A DNA stretch of 64,000 nucleotides from Piromyces finnis finn (GCA_002104945.1 MCFH01000004.1:558001-622000), one strand, 5' to 3'. Numbered from the stretch's first letter, positions 23,998 to 40,049 are shown. Program-made: numbers and translations. The notes: a model not told the origin generated them from the sequence alone.

Positions 23998-26900
23998 TTA
24001 AGCAAAAAGAGTAGATTTACTGGTTTTTATTTTTTTAATTTCATTATTAGAATTTATACTGTTATTTGACATTTGTGGTATATTATCCTCTAAAACAGCA
24101 ATTGGGTCATTCTCATGAATTAGCGTATCTATTGCTGTAGTTGAAATATTTCTTTTCTTCTTTAAATTAAAGGATGCTGAAGGAAGTTTGGTAATGGGTG
24201 AGGCTAAGTGCATTTTTACTGTATTAGTTATACTTGAAATAGTTTCGGATGAATTTTGATTACTATTATCTTTACTTTTGATGGTGTTATTACAACTGTT
24301 ATTACTATTACTATTATCTTTATTTTTGATGGTGTTATTACAACTGTTATTACTATTACTATTAGTAATGAAATTTATCGCTGATATTCCTGATGCAGAT
24401 ACTACTTTTGAAATATGGGGGGATTGAGGACAAGCTCCGGTATTATTATTAAGATTTTTATTAATAGTAGTATTCTTAAGTGTAGAAGAATTATTTACAT
24501 CTTCTTTATTCATAAATATATTATTTAAAAGATAGTCATAGGAAAAGTTTTTACTTTTATGACGACTTATAATAGTATTAATATTATCAAGTCTTTGATT
24601 ATATCTATATTTAAAAAAGAAAATAATAATTATTAAAATGAGATTAAAAAAAATTTTTTTTTCTTTTAACTGAATCTTATAAAAAAAAATCTTGTACTTA
24701 CGGATGATAATACATAATTTCATCTTGATAAACTATTTGTCGATAGGCATAGATAGCTGTTGCTCTTACTAATGGTCCTAGAGCATACTTAGATACCAAC
24801 ATTGTATTTGATAGTGGTCCTAAAATAATATTCTAAAAGAAATGAAAGATTATATATTAATATATATTGTATATTTATAAATCATACTTTTTTTTTTATA
24901 TTTATTAAACTATTTTTATTCATAATACATACATTATCATCTTGTTCAACGCATACAGAATATAATCCATTATTTAATGGGGTAATAATAATTTGTATAT
25001 TACCAAAGTCTCCTCCAATTGTTTTGGAACGATAATTTCTATTATGCTCATTCCATATAATATGAATTTGATCATTACCAATATGACGTTTCTAAATTAT
25101 CATATATTTTATTAATTTAGAATTTGTTATTATTATTACTTTCTACATAATTTATAAAATATTTAGTTGTAAGTATAAAAAAAAATATACCTTTTTAATA
25201 TGAGTTTTATCATTTGGATCATTAGGGAATTTTGTAATATCATGGAATATTATTTCAAGCGTACTATCACAATAATAAATTGCTTTATTTTCTTTGGTTT
25301 TATTTTTATCTAAACCTCCTGTATAACCATTATGCTTTTCTAAATCAATCTTTTTTTTTTTTAAAATAATGTTTGCGGTAGGATAAATAAAAAATAATAA
25401 TAATAATTTTTAGTATCTAGATTACAGAAAATATAAAGAATTTTTTTTTTCTATTTTAATTTATTCTTTTTTTTTTTTATATTTGTTTACCTCCCATCCT
25501 AAACTTAATACAAATTGATTGTATTCATCACTTCCTGTCTCATTTTCTAAAATACTACATTCTGTTTCTTGACCTAATTTAATGTATAAAACACCAATTT
25601 TTATGGTTTCACGACTATACATATAATCAATCAATCAATTAATAAATTAATAAGTAATAATTTTTTAAAGAAATATATATATATTTTAATAATATAATAA
25701 GAAACTTTGCTAATAAATCATATTTTACCCATTCTTTTTATCAAGTCCTTTAATATCTCTAATTAAAGCCTTGGTATTATTAAGCATACATATTTTCTTT
25801 TTTGAATCAACAATTTGTTTCATTAATAGACCAACATGGGTCATATATAATCTACAGAATTGATATGGGAATACTACTGAATTTGTGGGAATTGGTGTCT
25901 CTTTACATTCATTATTACGAGAAAGGTAGGAAATGTCATATTCTAAATTAAAATTAGCATTAACCATTTCTTGTTCTTTTTCGGTATTAACATCAATCCT
26001 ATATAATATAATAATTTTTTTTTAAAAAATAAGAAATAAATTTAGGTATATATATATATATTGTTGATGCTTAAATATTTTTTTACATTTTTCTTCTTTC
26101 AATATTCAATGCTTTTTCATATTTAAGTTGTTGTATTTCACTTTCTCTTATACTTTCTAAATTACTAATTTGATGATCAGGGAAATCAGGTACAATATCA
26201 CTTAAATATGTATTAGGTTTTATTAAACATTCCGGATGCTTCTGTGAAATACTAAAATATTATTATTGAAAAAAGTAATTATTAATTATTAATACATAGA
26301 TGCATATATATATTTTCATAGAAAAATAAATTTAATATTAAAAATGAGAAAAAAATACTTACTATAAAAGTAGGTTTTCTACAGCATCTTCCGAATCTTT
26401 ATATTCAATACAATTATATTTTGGAAGAGAAGAAATGTTGTCATTATAGGGTGATTTTAAGGATCTAATTTATAATAATAATAAAAAAAATCATAATTAT
26501 AAAAAAAAAAACAATAAATTTAGATCTTCAATAAAAATACTATTTCAACTGATTTTTAATAAATATATTATAGTATATTAAAAAAAAAAAGACATTACTT
26601 GTGATAAGGATCATCATCAATATCATCAATACTTTCTTCGTCTTTAAAAGACTCAATTTTTTTATTTCTTAGAATTAAAATATTATCATTGTAATAATTA
26701 ATTGGATAGTCCAATATATCTTCACATGGATGAAGTGCAGAATATTTAGTATTAAATAAAAATTTAACCTTTTCTAATGATTCAAAGAATAAATTTGAAT
26801 CCCATACATATTTTCCAGTTATATTTCTAATAATACACCGATTTTGACATTCTTTAAGTATTTTAATCATCATCATCATAATAATATAAAATAGAAATAA

Positions 26901-29900
26901 AAAAAGATGATTAGATAATTGTACTAGTATTAGTTATTCATAATAATTATTATTATGCTTCTCCTTTATTAAGTAATTATTTTATTTACCTAGTGGATTA
27001 CTTTTAGATAATTCTTGGAGAGTTATAATCGAAGTATCGTTTATAGAAAAGAATATATAATTATTACTAAATATTTCATCATTATCATTAAAATCATCTT
27101 CAAGTATAGAACTAAAAATTAATTAGAATTAATTACAAATAATATATATATTATTAAAAAATGGAAAATGCTAATGACATATATATTATATAATATATTA
27201 CTAAATATTTTTTTTAAATTTTTTTTTATACCTTTCTTGAGTAGATGGCCCATAGGCAGTTGGAAAACTTCCAAGAAAATGTAAAATATGATTAATTATA
27301 TATTCCGCAGTAGTCTATGAAAATGAGTTTTTAAATAATTTTAAATAATCATTTAATTATTTTATTTTATAAAAAATACTTTTTTTTTTTTTTAAAAAAT
27401 ATACTAATTATATATATTTTTTTCATTTATTTATATTAATTACTTTTAATATATTTTTCTTTTCTTCTGGTGACGTCTTTTCAGAAATAAAAGAAGGATT
27501 TGCTAAATTAGAATCAAGAGTATTATATTTCTTATCAAATAATTTTGTTATTTTAATTTCATGTTGAGAATAAATTCCTCTAGATAGTTTTTGCTTATTT
27601 TTGGAATCAGTTGGTGTTTGATTAAATTTTTCAGTATTATCATCATCAGGTAAATTCTAATGTAATAATGAATTTAGAAAAGATAATAAATTAAAATAAA
27701 AAAAAATTATTATTATAACAAAAAAAAATATTTTGAACAATATATGTCAATGCCAATACTAATTTATTTTATTTTTTTCTATAATTTACATAAATTCTTT
27801 CTAAAATTTCAAAGATTTTTATCCAGGTTGATTTTGATAATGTTGGAATAACCATTAACCAATTCAAGAAGCAATACATTATTTTACTAATAATTGTTTT
27901 TGTACTGTCTGATTCATCTCCGTTTTTTAATCCTTTCAAATGTTTTTCAATAATTCCAATAAAGTTCTCTATAATTACTTCATTTAAATGAGGTGGTAAC
28001 TACATAAAATATAGAATTTAAATTATTTATTATTGATTAATTTTTCTTTCTATTTTTCTTTCTTTTAAGATTTATGGATAATACCTTATTTTTGTATAAA
28101 TTATAATTTTGAGATAATGTATCCATACTATTAATTGCATTTAATACAATACAACTATCCAACTCATCCAATTGTTGCATTATTAATAAAATATATTCAG
28201 ATATTATTGATTTATTATTATCATTTTCTTTGAATTCCCTAAAAAAAATTTGAAATGTTAAAAACATTTATGATTTATGTATAGATATATATCGAGCAAT
28301 ATAAATAATAATAGTATTACAATTCTGGATTAACTAATTCTTCAAATATAACACGGAAATGCATATTACTTAAAAGGGTTCTTGACTTTTTAGATTTGAT
28401 ATAATTTTGATAATTTTTTGTAGAATGAATGGATGAAAGAATTTCGAAAATTTCTACTCGAATTTTTAAAAAAGTGGTCTTTTTCATTTCATTAACTTCC
28501 TTTTCTTGATCATTATCTAATTCAAAACATGGAATTTCTTCATTTTTATATAAATTACACCATGTATAAATGGAATTTAAAAGAATAATACAGTTTTGGA
28601 AGAAGAATGAAGGTAAACTTTCAAGTCGACTTGGTATCTTAATATATGAATATGTAAATAAGTATATGTTTAAAATGAAGTGAAAAAATCAATTAATTAT
28701 TTAAATAAATTATGAAGAATAATTTCTTTCTCTTTTTTTTTATTACCATTGTTTTTATAACATTAATAAATGGTGGAATTAGAATCGAACTACCAGGCAA
28801 ATAATTTGAATATAATGATTTACAATTGTCAAAAATTTCAAATATTATGTCGTTTTCACCACTATGTAAGCCCTTTATATAATATTTATATTTTATAATA
28901 TAAATTTTTTAATAATAGTTAATAATTAATAATGAATATTTTATTGATTTATTTATTAACTAAATAATTAAATACCTTTAAAATACATAAATAAAAGTGA
29001 TAATAATATTCCTTTTCTTTAATATATTCAAATTTATGGAACATCATCTTACACATAATCCTAAATGCTACAACCTTTCCATTATTTAATTCCCTATTAA
29101 TATAAATTTATTATTATAAAAATGTGAATTATTCATTATTAATTTGTTCCTTTTTTTTTCATTTTTTTTATTTATATATGTACTTTGGTAAATCAACGGA
29201 TTGGAATATCCATGATGAAAATTCTAATATTGGTGGATATATATTATTAACATATTGTTGATTATTTCTTATCTTGTATTTTTAATTAAAGTATTGGATA
29301 GAGTTTATCATTTTAATATAATGAAATTGGTAAATATATATATATATATTAATATATATTGTATATAAAAAAACCTTTTCTAAAAGATTCCATATTCTTT
29401 CTAGACTTTCCATACATGTGGAATAAATAATAGGTTTCTATAATAACAAATTATATTTATTTTTTTTAGTTATAAAAAAGTATAATTAAATATATATACT
29501 AATTTTTATAAATATTAACTTTTATTTTATTTGGATTTCCAATAACACAAAGAGTATTTTTCCAAATATTCATTATTTCCATTATTGTTAGATTTCTTTT
29601 AATATTATATTGAATTTTTTTTGATTCTTTTTCATTTTGATTTAACTCACTAATAATAAATGAATTATTATTAGATATAGTAAGTGCCTTAATATCCATT
29701 ATATTATAATTAATATATGTATTGTTTTTTTTTTTTTTTTTTTTTTTTTGAAAGTTAAAATCATATTTAATAGAAGGTCAATTAATAAAAATCATTATAA
29801 TTTATTAGAAATTTATTTTTAAATAGTTATTACTTTGTTATTTAATTTCAGTGGAGTTGAAATAGTATTTGACATATTAAATTGTTTTTTAATATCATTT

Positions 29901-32900
29901 TCACCAATATATGGTATTGGAATATTATTTGATACTCCTTCAACAACACAACTTTTTGACCGATTTCTTTTAAACTTATCATTTTTATTATGGACTTCAA
30001 GATTAATGTTGAAAGCATATTTTGATAAATCATTGGTTAAACATATCATTATTTTCTGTGATAATTCAAGATGATATATAATATTATAATATAATATTAT
30101 TTTTAATTTTAATTTTAAATTTCTTTCATTTAAAATTTAATTGGTATAATAAACTTATTATATTTATCTAATTTAATTATATATCTATTTATTCATACAT
30201 TCCATTCATCAATAACTTGTTCCCATTCATTAATGCTAACTGATAATTCTTCTTTTAATTGAATCCAATATTTTTCCTCCATAACAGGTGATTGAGTCCA
30301 TATATAAAACATTGTCTTTTAATTTTTAATTATATATATATAAATAAAATTTTTTTAACAAGTTTATTAAAAAAATAAGTTTTTTTTTTTTTTTTTAAGT
30401 AATAGCAATACCTCAACTAATAATCTAACGGTATCTTTTGATTCTCTATAAAGACTATTTTTATTATATACAATAATTTGATTATGTATTGAAAGTAAAC
30501 TTGAAAATAATATTTTCCTATAAAAAGAATTATTTATAAAGGCTTTATTTAAATTTTTTTTTTTTTTAAAAAAATAAAAAGGTGCATATATATAAATATA
30601 TGTAAATAATTACCATGTTTCATTTTCGATTTTAATATTTTGTTGTGTAACAATATATTGAAATATATTAAATATTTTTGTATAAATATATATCTAAAAA
30701 AAAGAGGATATGTATATAATTATTAAAATTAATATCATTAAATAAAAATAAAAAAAAATCTATTCATTTTTACCTTTTCTTTTGAATTTTTATCATAAAT
30801 ATCTTTCCTTTCAAGAAAAACTAATCTTAATGCTTTTATAAATTTTCTTATAAGTCCGTTAAGATAACTAATGCAATTAGGATCATCATTATCATAAATA
30901 TTATTGCATTTTAAAAATATATTACTATGGATAATGCCTATGGTTTCTGCAATGACTTCATATTTATTAAATCCTTGTAATAAAGATTGTCTTAATATTT
31001 CAAATAATAAATTTTCTTTGTACTCATTTCTAAAGAAGTAATCTCTTATTATATTGGTATTTACTTGAACTTCATAACAAAAAGTTGTATAAACATTATT
31101 ATGTGATAATAAAATTTGTTTTATAGAAAAACTTCCATTTTGTTCATTTAATTTACTCAAGGTTGGTATTCCATTACATGCATAATTTTTATTTAAAATA
31201 GGTATTCCATCTTGCTGAGAACTTTCTAAATATTGATAAATAAATGTATTTTTAGATAATTCGTTTAAAAATTCACCATTGTTTTCATTTATAATCGAAA
31301 ATAATAATACATAAAAATCTAATAAGTTTTTTATAATGCATGATGGACAAATTGAAAAACCTATATATATATTTATTTATAATATTTTTAATAAAATTAT
31401 AACAAATATATTTTTTTAAAAAATATATACATATTATACATTTTGACAAATCAACTTCATTTTCTGCAATTCCAGGGAAAAATTTATCTAAATAATGTAT
31501 TTGTAATAGATTCCACATATAATTTAATGAATTTGAACAATCTTCCTGAATTATATTTAATGGTGCAATATCAGTTTTCGAATCATCAAAAACAATGTTT
31601 TTAAGTATTTCTTGCTTTTGTAAATCATCTTTTTTACTGTCATTTTCATTATTGTTACAGGTATTGTTATCATTTGCGTTATCATTTATATTTTCTTCTG
31701 TTTCATCAATATCAGGAAGTAATGGTTTATCATTACTACTTTTTTGCTTGTATAATAAATATAATATATTATCCAAAATTATATTAAACAATAATATTTC
31801 ATTTTCTATTTTCTCTATTGTATTTATATTTATATTATTATTATTATATTAAAAAAAAACATAATACATAATATATATATATCATTAATTATTTTATATC
31901 ATATTTTAAATAACACACTAATACATATTGTTATTAGATATTTTATAAAATACCACTAGATTGTTCTATACGACTAATTTTTCCTGTAGGTATAATTTTT
32001 GATGAATCATCAATATCTCTTACTGCAAAATCCATTGGTTCTGGATATGGAAAAGTTCCGAAATTCTCTAAATGAACAGCATTTTTATAAAGATTAATGT
32101 ATTTTGGATTATCACTTTTAGTGATGTTTAAATAAATTAATAGTAGTAAAAGTCCTTCAACTCTTATACGATAGGATACAGTTGAATTAATTGACTTTTC
32201 AACTAATTTATCTATATATTAATTTGTTTTTTTTTTAAAAAAAAAATAATAACATTAGAATAATATTACTTATAATATATAATATAAATATTCATGTTTA
32301 CCAAAATCTTCACAATTTTTATTTGCTCCATCTAAACAAAAGTCTAAAAGTTTTATTGAATCACGTAAAACCTTTACAATATCATTTATTTCTTTACTAT
32401 TATGATTTACTGGTTTATCTGTCTTTTCTCTTGAAGCTTTTTTTTTAACAAAACATTTAAAGTTATTAGGATATAATAATTTAAATTTTTTTATACAGAG
32501 TTTTATATATATATATCTTTTTTTTAAAAAAAGAAAGAAAGAAAAAGTAGTACCTTGTAATCTTTCATGTTTATTTTCAAATATTTTCCAATGAATATTA
32601 AAAATTAAATCATAATTTTCAATACAAACTCTTCTTTTCTCAACTACATCCACATTTTCTATTCATATGAAATATTTTACGTTATAAAACAATTAATTTC
32701 GATTAAAAAAAAAAAAGAAAAGAAAATGAAAAGTATTAATGCAAGTATTATCTATTTATTAAAATAAAACTTGAAAAAAATCCATATTTTTATTATCTTT
32801 TATTTTCTACCTAAATAAACTTTTAAAGAACTTAAACGAGTTTTTAGTTTTATTTTTGTATCATAAAAGACTTTAAATTTTTTTTGTAATTTTTCTGTCT

Positions 32901-32919
32901 TTTTTGTTCCCGAACTCAT
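23998..32919 (-). CDS. RALGAPA: Ral GTPase-activating protein alpha-subunit-like (Rap/Ran-GAP domain, tuberin-related); many exons
   Basis: N-terminus LKTRLSSLKVYLENVD..ENYDLIF resembles RALGAPA. Internal HILHFLGSFPTAYGP. C-terminal RETIKIGVLYI..GQE..ILEN..GSDEYNQFVLSLGWE, YTGGLD, EIIFHD, KRHIGNDQIHIIWNEH, GPL..LVRATAI. Internal exons only partly traced. Confidence 0.8.
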
Positions 32920-33616
32920 TACTGTATTACTATAATTATATAAAAGTGTAGAGTATCTTTGAATATATTTTTTATTGTTATTTAAATATATTAATATTAT
33001 TTGAAGTTTATATCATTTTTTTATTCAAAAATGAAATTATTAATAGGTAAATTAAGAATCTTGAAATAGAGTTATACTACTTTTTTTTTGAGGTATTTAT
33101 TTGGATTTAAAAAAAAAAAAAAAAAAAAAAACCTCAATAAATATTATTATTATTATATATCAATATTTGTTTTATACTATATATATATTATAAAAGAATT
33201 ATTTTTGCTTCTTTTTTTATTATTATTTTATAAATTTTATTGTTGGTGTTATTATTATTACTGGCTAATACTTCCTTTAAAGTTACATTATCTATATTCA
33301 ATCTTAATTTTTTTTTTTTTTTAAATAAAATATATAAAAATAATAAATAAAATTCCAAAACTTTAATTTATATTAAATTTCATTATAAAGTTTTTATTTT
33401 TTTTAAAATTAAATTTTTGTATTTTTTTTTTTTTTTTTTATTTTGAAAGGTAAAAAGAATAAAATAACTTAACACCCAAAAAGAAAATACTCAAAATTTT
33501 ATTTCATTTTTATTTTTATTTTTATTTAATTCATAGTTTAATGGAAATATATAAATATAATTATTAATAATAATAAAGCGGGTAAAATATGAGATAGATA
33601 ATTAAGTGGGAATTAT

Positions 33617-34541
33617 TTATAATTGTTTATTAATCTAAAAATAAAAAAAAAAGTTGATTATATAAATAGAGTTAATTTATAAATGTTAAAAAAAAAAAAG
33701 ATGGCAATAATTTATATTATAAAACTTACTTCATTTGCAACTTCAAGCCAAGCTAAAGAATTTAAACATGTATTATTATTAAGAGTTGGAGTATCGTCAT
33801 GATTCCAAATCATAAAACTATCAAATTTCTTTTCAGCTTTCAATATATTTTTTAAAGTATCACCATATTTCTCCTTATTTGAATTATCAGCAGGACATTT
33901 TTTTAAGACATAACCTATTTTTATTCCAGTATATAAAAAAAAGTATTAGTATTTACTCATTTATTCTTTAATTTCGATAGATTTCTTATAATTTATTATT
34001 GATAAAGCTATAAAATAATTAATAATATAATTTTTTTTTTTTTAATTGATTTTTTTTAATAAAACGATAAAATGGACAATTTATGTAAATTTTATAAAAG
34101 ATTGTTTTCCTTTAAAAAAAAATAATAAAATTTTATTTTGTTATTTGTTTTTTTAATATATATGATAAATTTACACGTTCAATTAATAATTAATTACTAT
34201 TCATAATAATTATTAATCTTTACATTAAAACATAAAAATTTGTATTATAAATAATAAAACTACATATATTTAAATATATATATATATATATTTTTCTTCA
34301 AATATTTACCAGTATAATCCATTTTTTTACTTTCTACACCTTTTAAACCTCTTCCTCTAAATGCTGACATATACGCCTTTTGATCAGTGTCATTCTTTTC
34401 CTCTTTACAATCCTTCACTATAAAGTATGCATCTACTTCTGCTGGTCCTGAATACTGAATATTACAAGGAAGTAAATGAACTTTTTTAGCATCAATCTCT
34501 TGACATTCATTCAATGTTTTAGAATCAACAATATATTCCAT
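33617..34541 (-). CDS. RNASEH2C: Ribonuclease H2 subunit C
   Basis: VHLLPCNIQYSGPAEVDAYF..SAFRGRGLKG..G-intron-YVL..FDSFMIWNHD..LAWLEVA. The short last exon (INKQL*) is tentative; without it the stop is near 33713. Confidence 0.88.
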
Positions 34542-35039
34542 TTTTATATTTATATATAAATATTTTTTTTTTTTTTTTTAGATAAATTTAAAGTAATATG
34601 GATAATAAAATATAAATAAAAATTATCCAATAAATTTCAAGATTAGATTCATATTAAATATTATTAAATATTATTAAATATTCAACCACACTAAAATAAA
34701 AAAAAGTTTTTTTTTTCTTCTTCTTATACTCTATTTTTTTTTTTTATTTTGTTATTTAATATAGGTCTCTCTTTTTTTTTTTTGTATTCTTGTTTAATAG
34801 ATTTTATAATATACATTTTATTTATATTAACAACAAACTAATACTATTGTTATTATTACCATTAATATATTTTCATTAATACGAAGTTTTTTAAAATTGA
34901 TGCATAATATATTCATATATATAAATAAAAAAAAAATGAATGAAATAATTGCAAAATCTACTTTTTTTTTTTTTAATACATAAAAAAAAAGTAATTAAAA
35001 TAATGATATTATATTAAATACATTAAAATAAGTTATTTA

Positions 35040-38000
35040 TTATTCTGATATAGATAATACTTGATATTTTGTTTGTAGTTTATCCCTTCCAACTGAAGAT
35101 GTTCCACTACAATTTTCATAGCCTACTTCATTAAGATATGGCATACCTTCGAAAATATAATTCAATCCGGTATCTGTTATAAAGCTACAATCACTTATAT
35201 TAAGTTTTTCCAAAACAGAAGGTGTTATTGTTTTTATTCCATTATCGCCAATACAATAACATCCTGAAATATCCAAAACTTTAACTTTTTTGTTTTTCCA
35301 AGCTCTGCCTGAAACTAAATTTTTCATACTTTTATTACTTAGATTTTGACAACCAGAAATATATAATTCTTCCAAGTATGGACAGTAGTTTGAAATCATT
35401 TCAACAAGGTTATCTTCCATCATTCTACAATAGTTTACGTTAATATATTTAAGATTTAAATCGTAACTCATATTGTCATTCATTATTGAGGCTTCTTCAA
35501 AACGTCTAGTGTCAAAAGCTTCATAATTGATTTTTGGACAATTAACAATTTTTAAGGATTCTAAATGTTTGCATTTTTGTAAAATCATTTTAACAGAAAA
35601 ATTTGTAATATCATATCCTTTACTAATATATAATTTCTTTAGATTTGGACAACTATCTGCAATACTTATTAATAAATCATCATCAAGTATTTGATATAAA
35701 TCAGATAATATAAGTTCTTCAAGATTAATACAACCATTTTTTTCAATAATATTACCATCAGGTTGAATTGAGATACCTCTAAAGAAATTACACATAGTTT
35801 GAGATGAATAAATACCACTACAATAGGATATATCCAAAAATCTAAGGTTTTGAACTAAAGATTCTTCTTTCTCAAACTTATTTTTTGTATTATTAAAGCA
35901 TAGATTAGCTTTTTCATTAGTAATAGATTCATCGTTTATTCGTCTATCTTGGATTTTATAATCAAGAGCATCTTTAAAAACGCTTTCATTAATTAATGTA
36001 CATTGAGAAAGATTTAAGGATAGTAAATAACCATTAGAAAGTTTCCATTGATATAAAAGTGCTTTATTATCAACTATATCACTTTCACTTGTTAAGTTTA
36101 TATTCATATAAAAAACTGGATTTGTTAGAATGTAATTAAAGTATTTAGAAACCTAAAATATTTATATATTATAATTTTTTTTTGAAATATTATTAATATC
36201 TTTTATTTTTAATTCTTATCAAATTATTATTTATAGACAACAATAATAATAATAATCCTAAATGATAATCTACTAATAACGATAATAATATGAATACATA
36301 CTCCTCTTAAGTAGGCAAGTTCTTCAATTGAAAATTCGCTAAATATATTAAAAATAATTTCCAAAGGAAGATTCTCCCATTCAATATATTGATACTTTGA
36401 ATCACTTTTTTTACTTGTATTACGGATAAAATGATCCATAACAATTTGTTTAAATGATTTTTTCGATTGTTTAACTTTAATTGAATCCTCAGGTGAGTTT
36501 ACCTTTTTACTATCCATTAAATACAATTTATCATAGGTATCGTCACTATTAATTGAATATTCCGAGTTACTTTTTTTTGAGGATTGAGTAGTTTCTTCCT
36601 TTTCACTATTGTTAATTAAATATTTTTTCGAAATATAATCTATATTTGATTCCAATTCCTTCTTAATATTATCTGTGATAATATATGGAGTGAACACTTC
36701 ATCATTTATTAAACTATCGCCAATGTTCAATCCTTTATTTTGGAGATACATATTCTCTTGTATTCTTTTGTTATTCTTATCTCTTACCTCATCACTCCAT
36801 TCATTTTTTATATTTAAATTATTAAAAGTATAATTTTTTTCCATTTTAAATAATCTTTCTGGAGAAAGGATTTCACCATCACTATATCCTTTCTTTAATT
36901 GATACTTGGACATCTTTTTTTCGTTATTAGAATTGTACTTTCTTTGAAATGAAATAGGTGAAGTTGCTGGTGAAGTTGATGTTGATGCACTATATTTCGG
37001 AATAATTTCTTCTGTAGGATTGTATTGACTTGTTCTTTTAATCGAAAATTGGGTATTTTTATTTTTTGAATCTTGTTTTATAATTCCAAATTCAGATTGT
37101 TTTTTCTTATTTTCAAAATCATCTAAACTATAACTTCTTTTACTGTATCCATTTTTCATCTTTACTGTTCTGTAAGAATCTTTTGAATTAGTATTAATAC
37201 TGTATTCACGAATAATTTTTTCTTTTTTCAATTCATTCCCACTACTATACAAATTGATTCCTTTTTCTAAAATTTTAATATATTTTTATAAAAAATAATA
37301 ATAATTAATTAATATAATTTCTTTTTTTTTTTCTACATAAAAAATATTATATTAATAATTACCATTTTTTGTATCGGAAGAATCTTTTGATTTCTTTAGT
37401 TCATCTAAAACTTGACTTAATACAATTACACTATAGCTTTTATCCATAGAATGGTCATAATCATTATCACCTATATTTTGATTTATTTCTATATCCTCTT
37501 TCTTTTCAATTATATTAGATGAAATTTGTAAATTTTCACTTCCTTTAATAATTAATGATAAGATTTTATTAAAATCTTCATTACTAAGTTTTTCTCTGTC
37601 AAGTAAATTAATTAATTCATCAAATAGTTCTTTACATGTATCATTATCTTTATTCATAACATCATTTAATATTGCAAGACAAGCTTTGATTTTATTATCT
37701 GAATTTGGTAAATTATTCATAAGACTAGTCATTATTGAATTTATCTTTTCGTTATGGAATGCATTTGGTAAATCTTTGCTTTCCATCATAGTCTTAAAAA
37801 CAGCATTAATTATTTTTGATGTAATTACTGATGGATCCCTTTCTGTATTGCTTAATCCACCATCACTTCTAAGATTATTACTGAATATTTCAAAAATTCC
37901 CATAAATTTTGTTAATGAATTATTAGAACCATCATTATTAATGCCTCTAGCTTGATCACCATTGTCTCTATTGCTAAAGTATTTATACAAGAAACCAATG

Positions 38001-40049
38001 ATAACAGCGATTTGTGGTAAAACCATATGGGATGATGCAAGAAAAGTTGATTTTAATATAATATCATTGACAGTAGCAAGTATTGCCTGACCAGCTGGGA
38101 ATGATGATAATAATCCAGTAACATATTCCATTGGGATTAATGATGCAAAAGAAACAACAAATGGAATTGATTTCATTACACTATTAAATCCATTTTTAAT
38201 TATTTGTGGACACAATTCGGTTGTAAAGTTGATAATAGTATTATTTATATTTGTGAATTTTTCAATCATAATTTCATTAAATCTAGCAATAAATCCAGGA
38301 TTACTTTCAATAACATCAGTACAAACATCACCTGGTTTTTTTCCTGACTCTATCATGATACTTTTTTCTTTAATATCCTTAATTTTATCTTCACTCTCTT
38401 CAATAATATCAACATAATTGTTAACAAATTTTTTAATTTGTTCAATATCTTTATTGTCAATCATTTTAAATAGTTTATCCTTTGTATTATCGATTTTCTT
38501 TGGATCAACATAACCACTTAAAATACCTTTTAAAAATATTGTTAACGTTTCTGGATTATTTAAAACTTTCTTAAAGGCTTCGGATTCCATAAATGATTTT
38601 AGATTTTCTTTTAATTTTGAATTTTCACTTTTTGTCTCGGGTTTTGATATTTCTTCTTTTACACCATCATCCTTAACCTCTTTTTCTTCTTCTTCTTCAT
38701 CAAATAAACCAATTAAAATATTTTCATTCTTTTTTCTATTTGTTTCTTCATCATCTATAAAAGCATTATTATCAATACAGGTTGAAATATTATAACATAA
38801 ATAATTCATTGTATCTTCATATTCTGGACTGAATGAACGATCATATATAAAACTTGGATTGTATTGAAAACTAGTATATGTACTTGATGATTCACCACCT
38901 ATTAATTTATTAATTTACCATATATATATATAAATATTTTAATTTAGTTTTTTTTTAATAATTATTTTTTATATGTAATTTACTATTACTTTTTAAAGAA
39001 TCAAAATTATCATTATCATTATCATTAATATAAATGCTATTTTTAAACTCGTCGAATTCATCTTGATCATCAAATAAATCATTAATAGTAATATCAAATT
39101 TTGATCCATCATTTTTTTCATAGGTGTAGATATTTTTATCAAAATCAACATCTTTTTTACCAAAATTTTCATCATAAAAATTATAGAAACTTTTTTCTTT
39201 ATATATATAAAAATATTATATAATATTATTGTTATTAGAATTTTTTTTCTTTTCTTTAATCTATTATTTATTAATTATTAATAGTTCAATACCTATTTCA
39301 ATATCATCAGATAATGAGTAATTGTTAGAAGAGGATGCATATTTTTTAACAAATTTTAAAAATTTATTTTTAAGTAATTCTCTTGTTGTATCATTTTTTT
39401 TCTTTTTTTCATTCTTTTTTCCTTTTTTAGTACGGTGAGACTTTAAATTTTTTTGATTATGATGAAGTTGATTTTCATCAAATTTTACTGATACATTTTT
39501 ACTCTTTCCTTTAGTGTTAAAATCAAAATAGTTTGGAGGTTTACCATCAGATTCATATATAAGTTTAATTTCCTTTTTTGTTTCTTTTTCATCTTCATTT
39601 AAAGTATCTAAAATATTAATACTTTCTGTAGTGTTATGAAAACTTTTTTCTTTAAATGGATCAATATCATGAATAAACATAGAATCATATTGAGGGTTAT
39701 TAAATAATAATTTATCCTGGCTTATATTTAGTATAGCAGAACTCTCTTTGTATTCATCATTATTAATTTGATTTTGATTTTTATGAAGAGTTATAGTATC
39801 TTCAGTTAATGAATCATTATCATTTTCTGTTTCGAAATTATCAAAAGAACCATCAAAATAGTTTCTAAATAAAGTAGTGCTTTTTTCCTCTTTTTTATAA
39901 AGAGGATTATTCAAATTGTTATTGAAGCTATTAAATCTAACTCTTCTTTTTCTAGTAATAGAATTCTTTCTCACATTCTTATTTTCTTCATAATCATGCT
40001 CTTTACTATTTTTAATATATCCAGAATCTGCTCTTGGAAGGTTTGACAT
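35040..40049 (-). CDS. Large F-box/LRR protein (~1,525 aa, 5 exons)
   Basis: Exons 40049-39293, 39196-38990, 38898-37363, 37266-36302 and 36152-35040 join in phase (4578 nt). F-box WENLPLEIIFNIFSEFSIEELAYLRG|VSKYF, then cysteine-containing LRRs (L..LDISGC..I.D.G). Confidence 0.78.

Noticed and set aside
24262-24365. 39-bp in-frame duplication (SNSNNSCNNTIK.KDN) in the RalGAP tail
   Set aside because: Ordinary slippage in a low-complexity tail.
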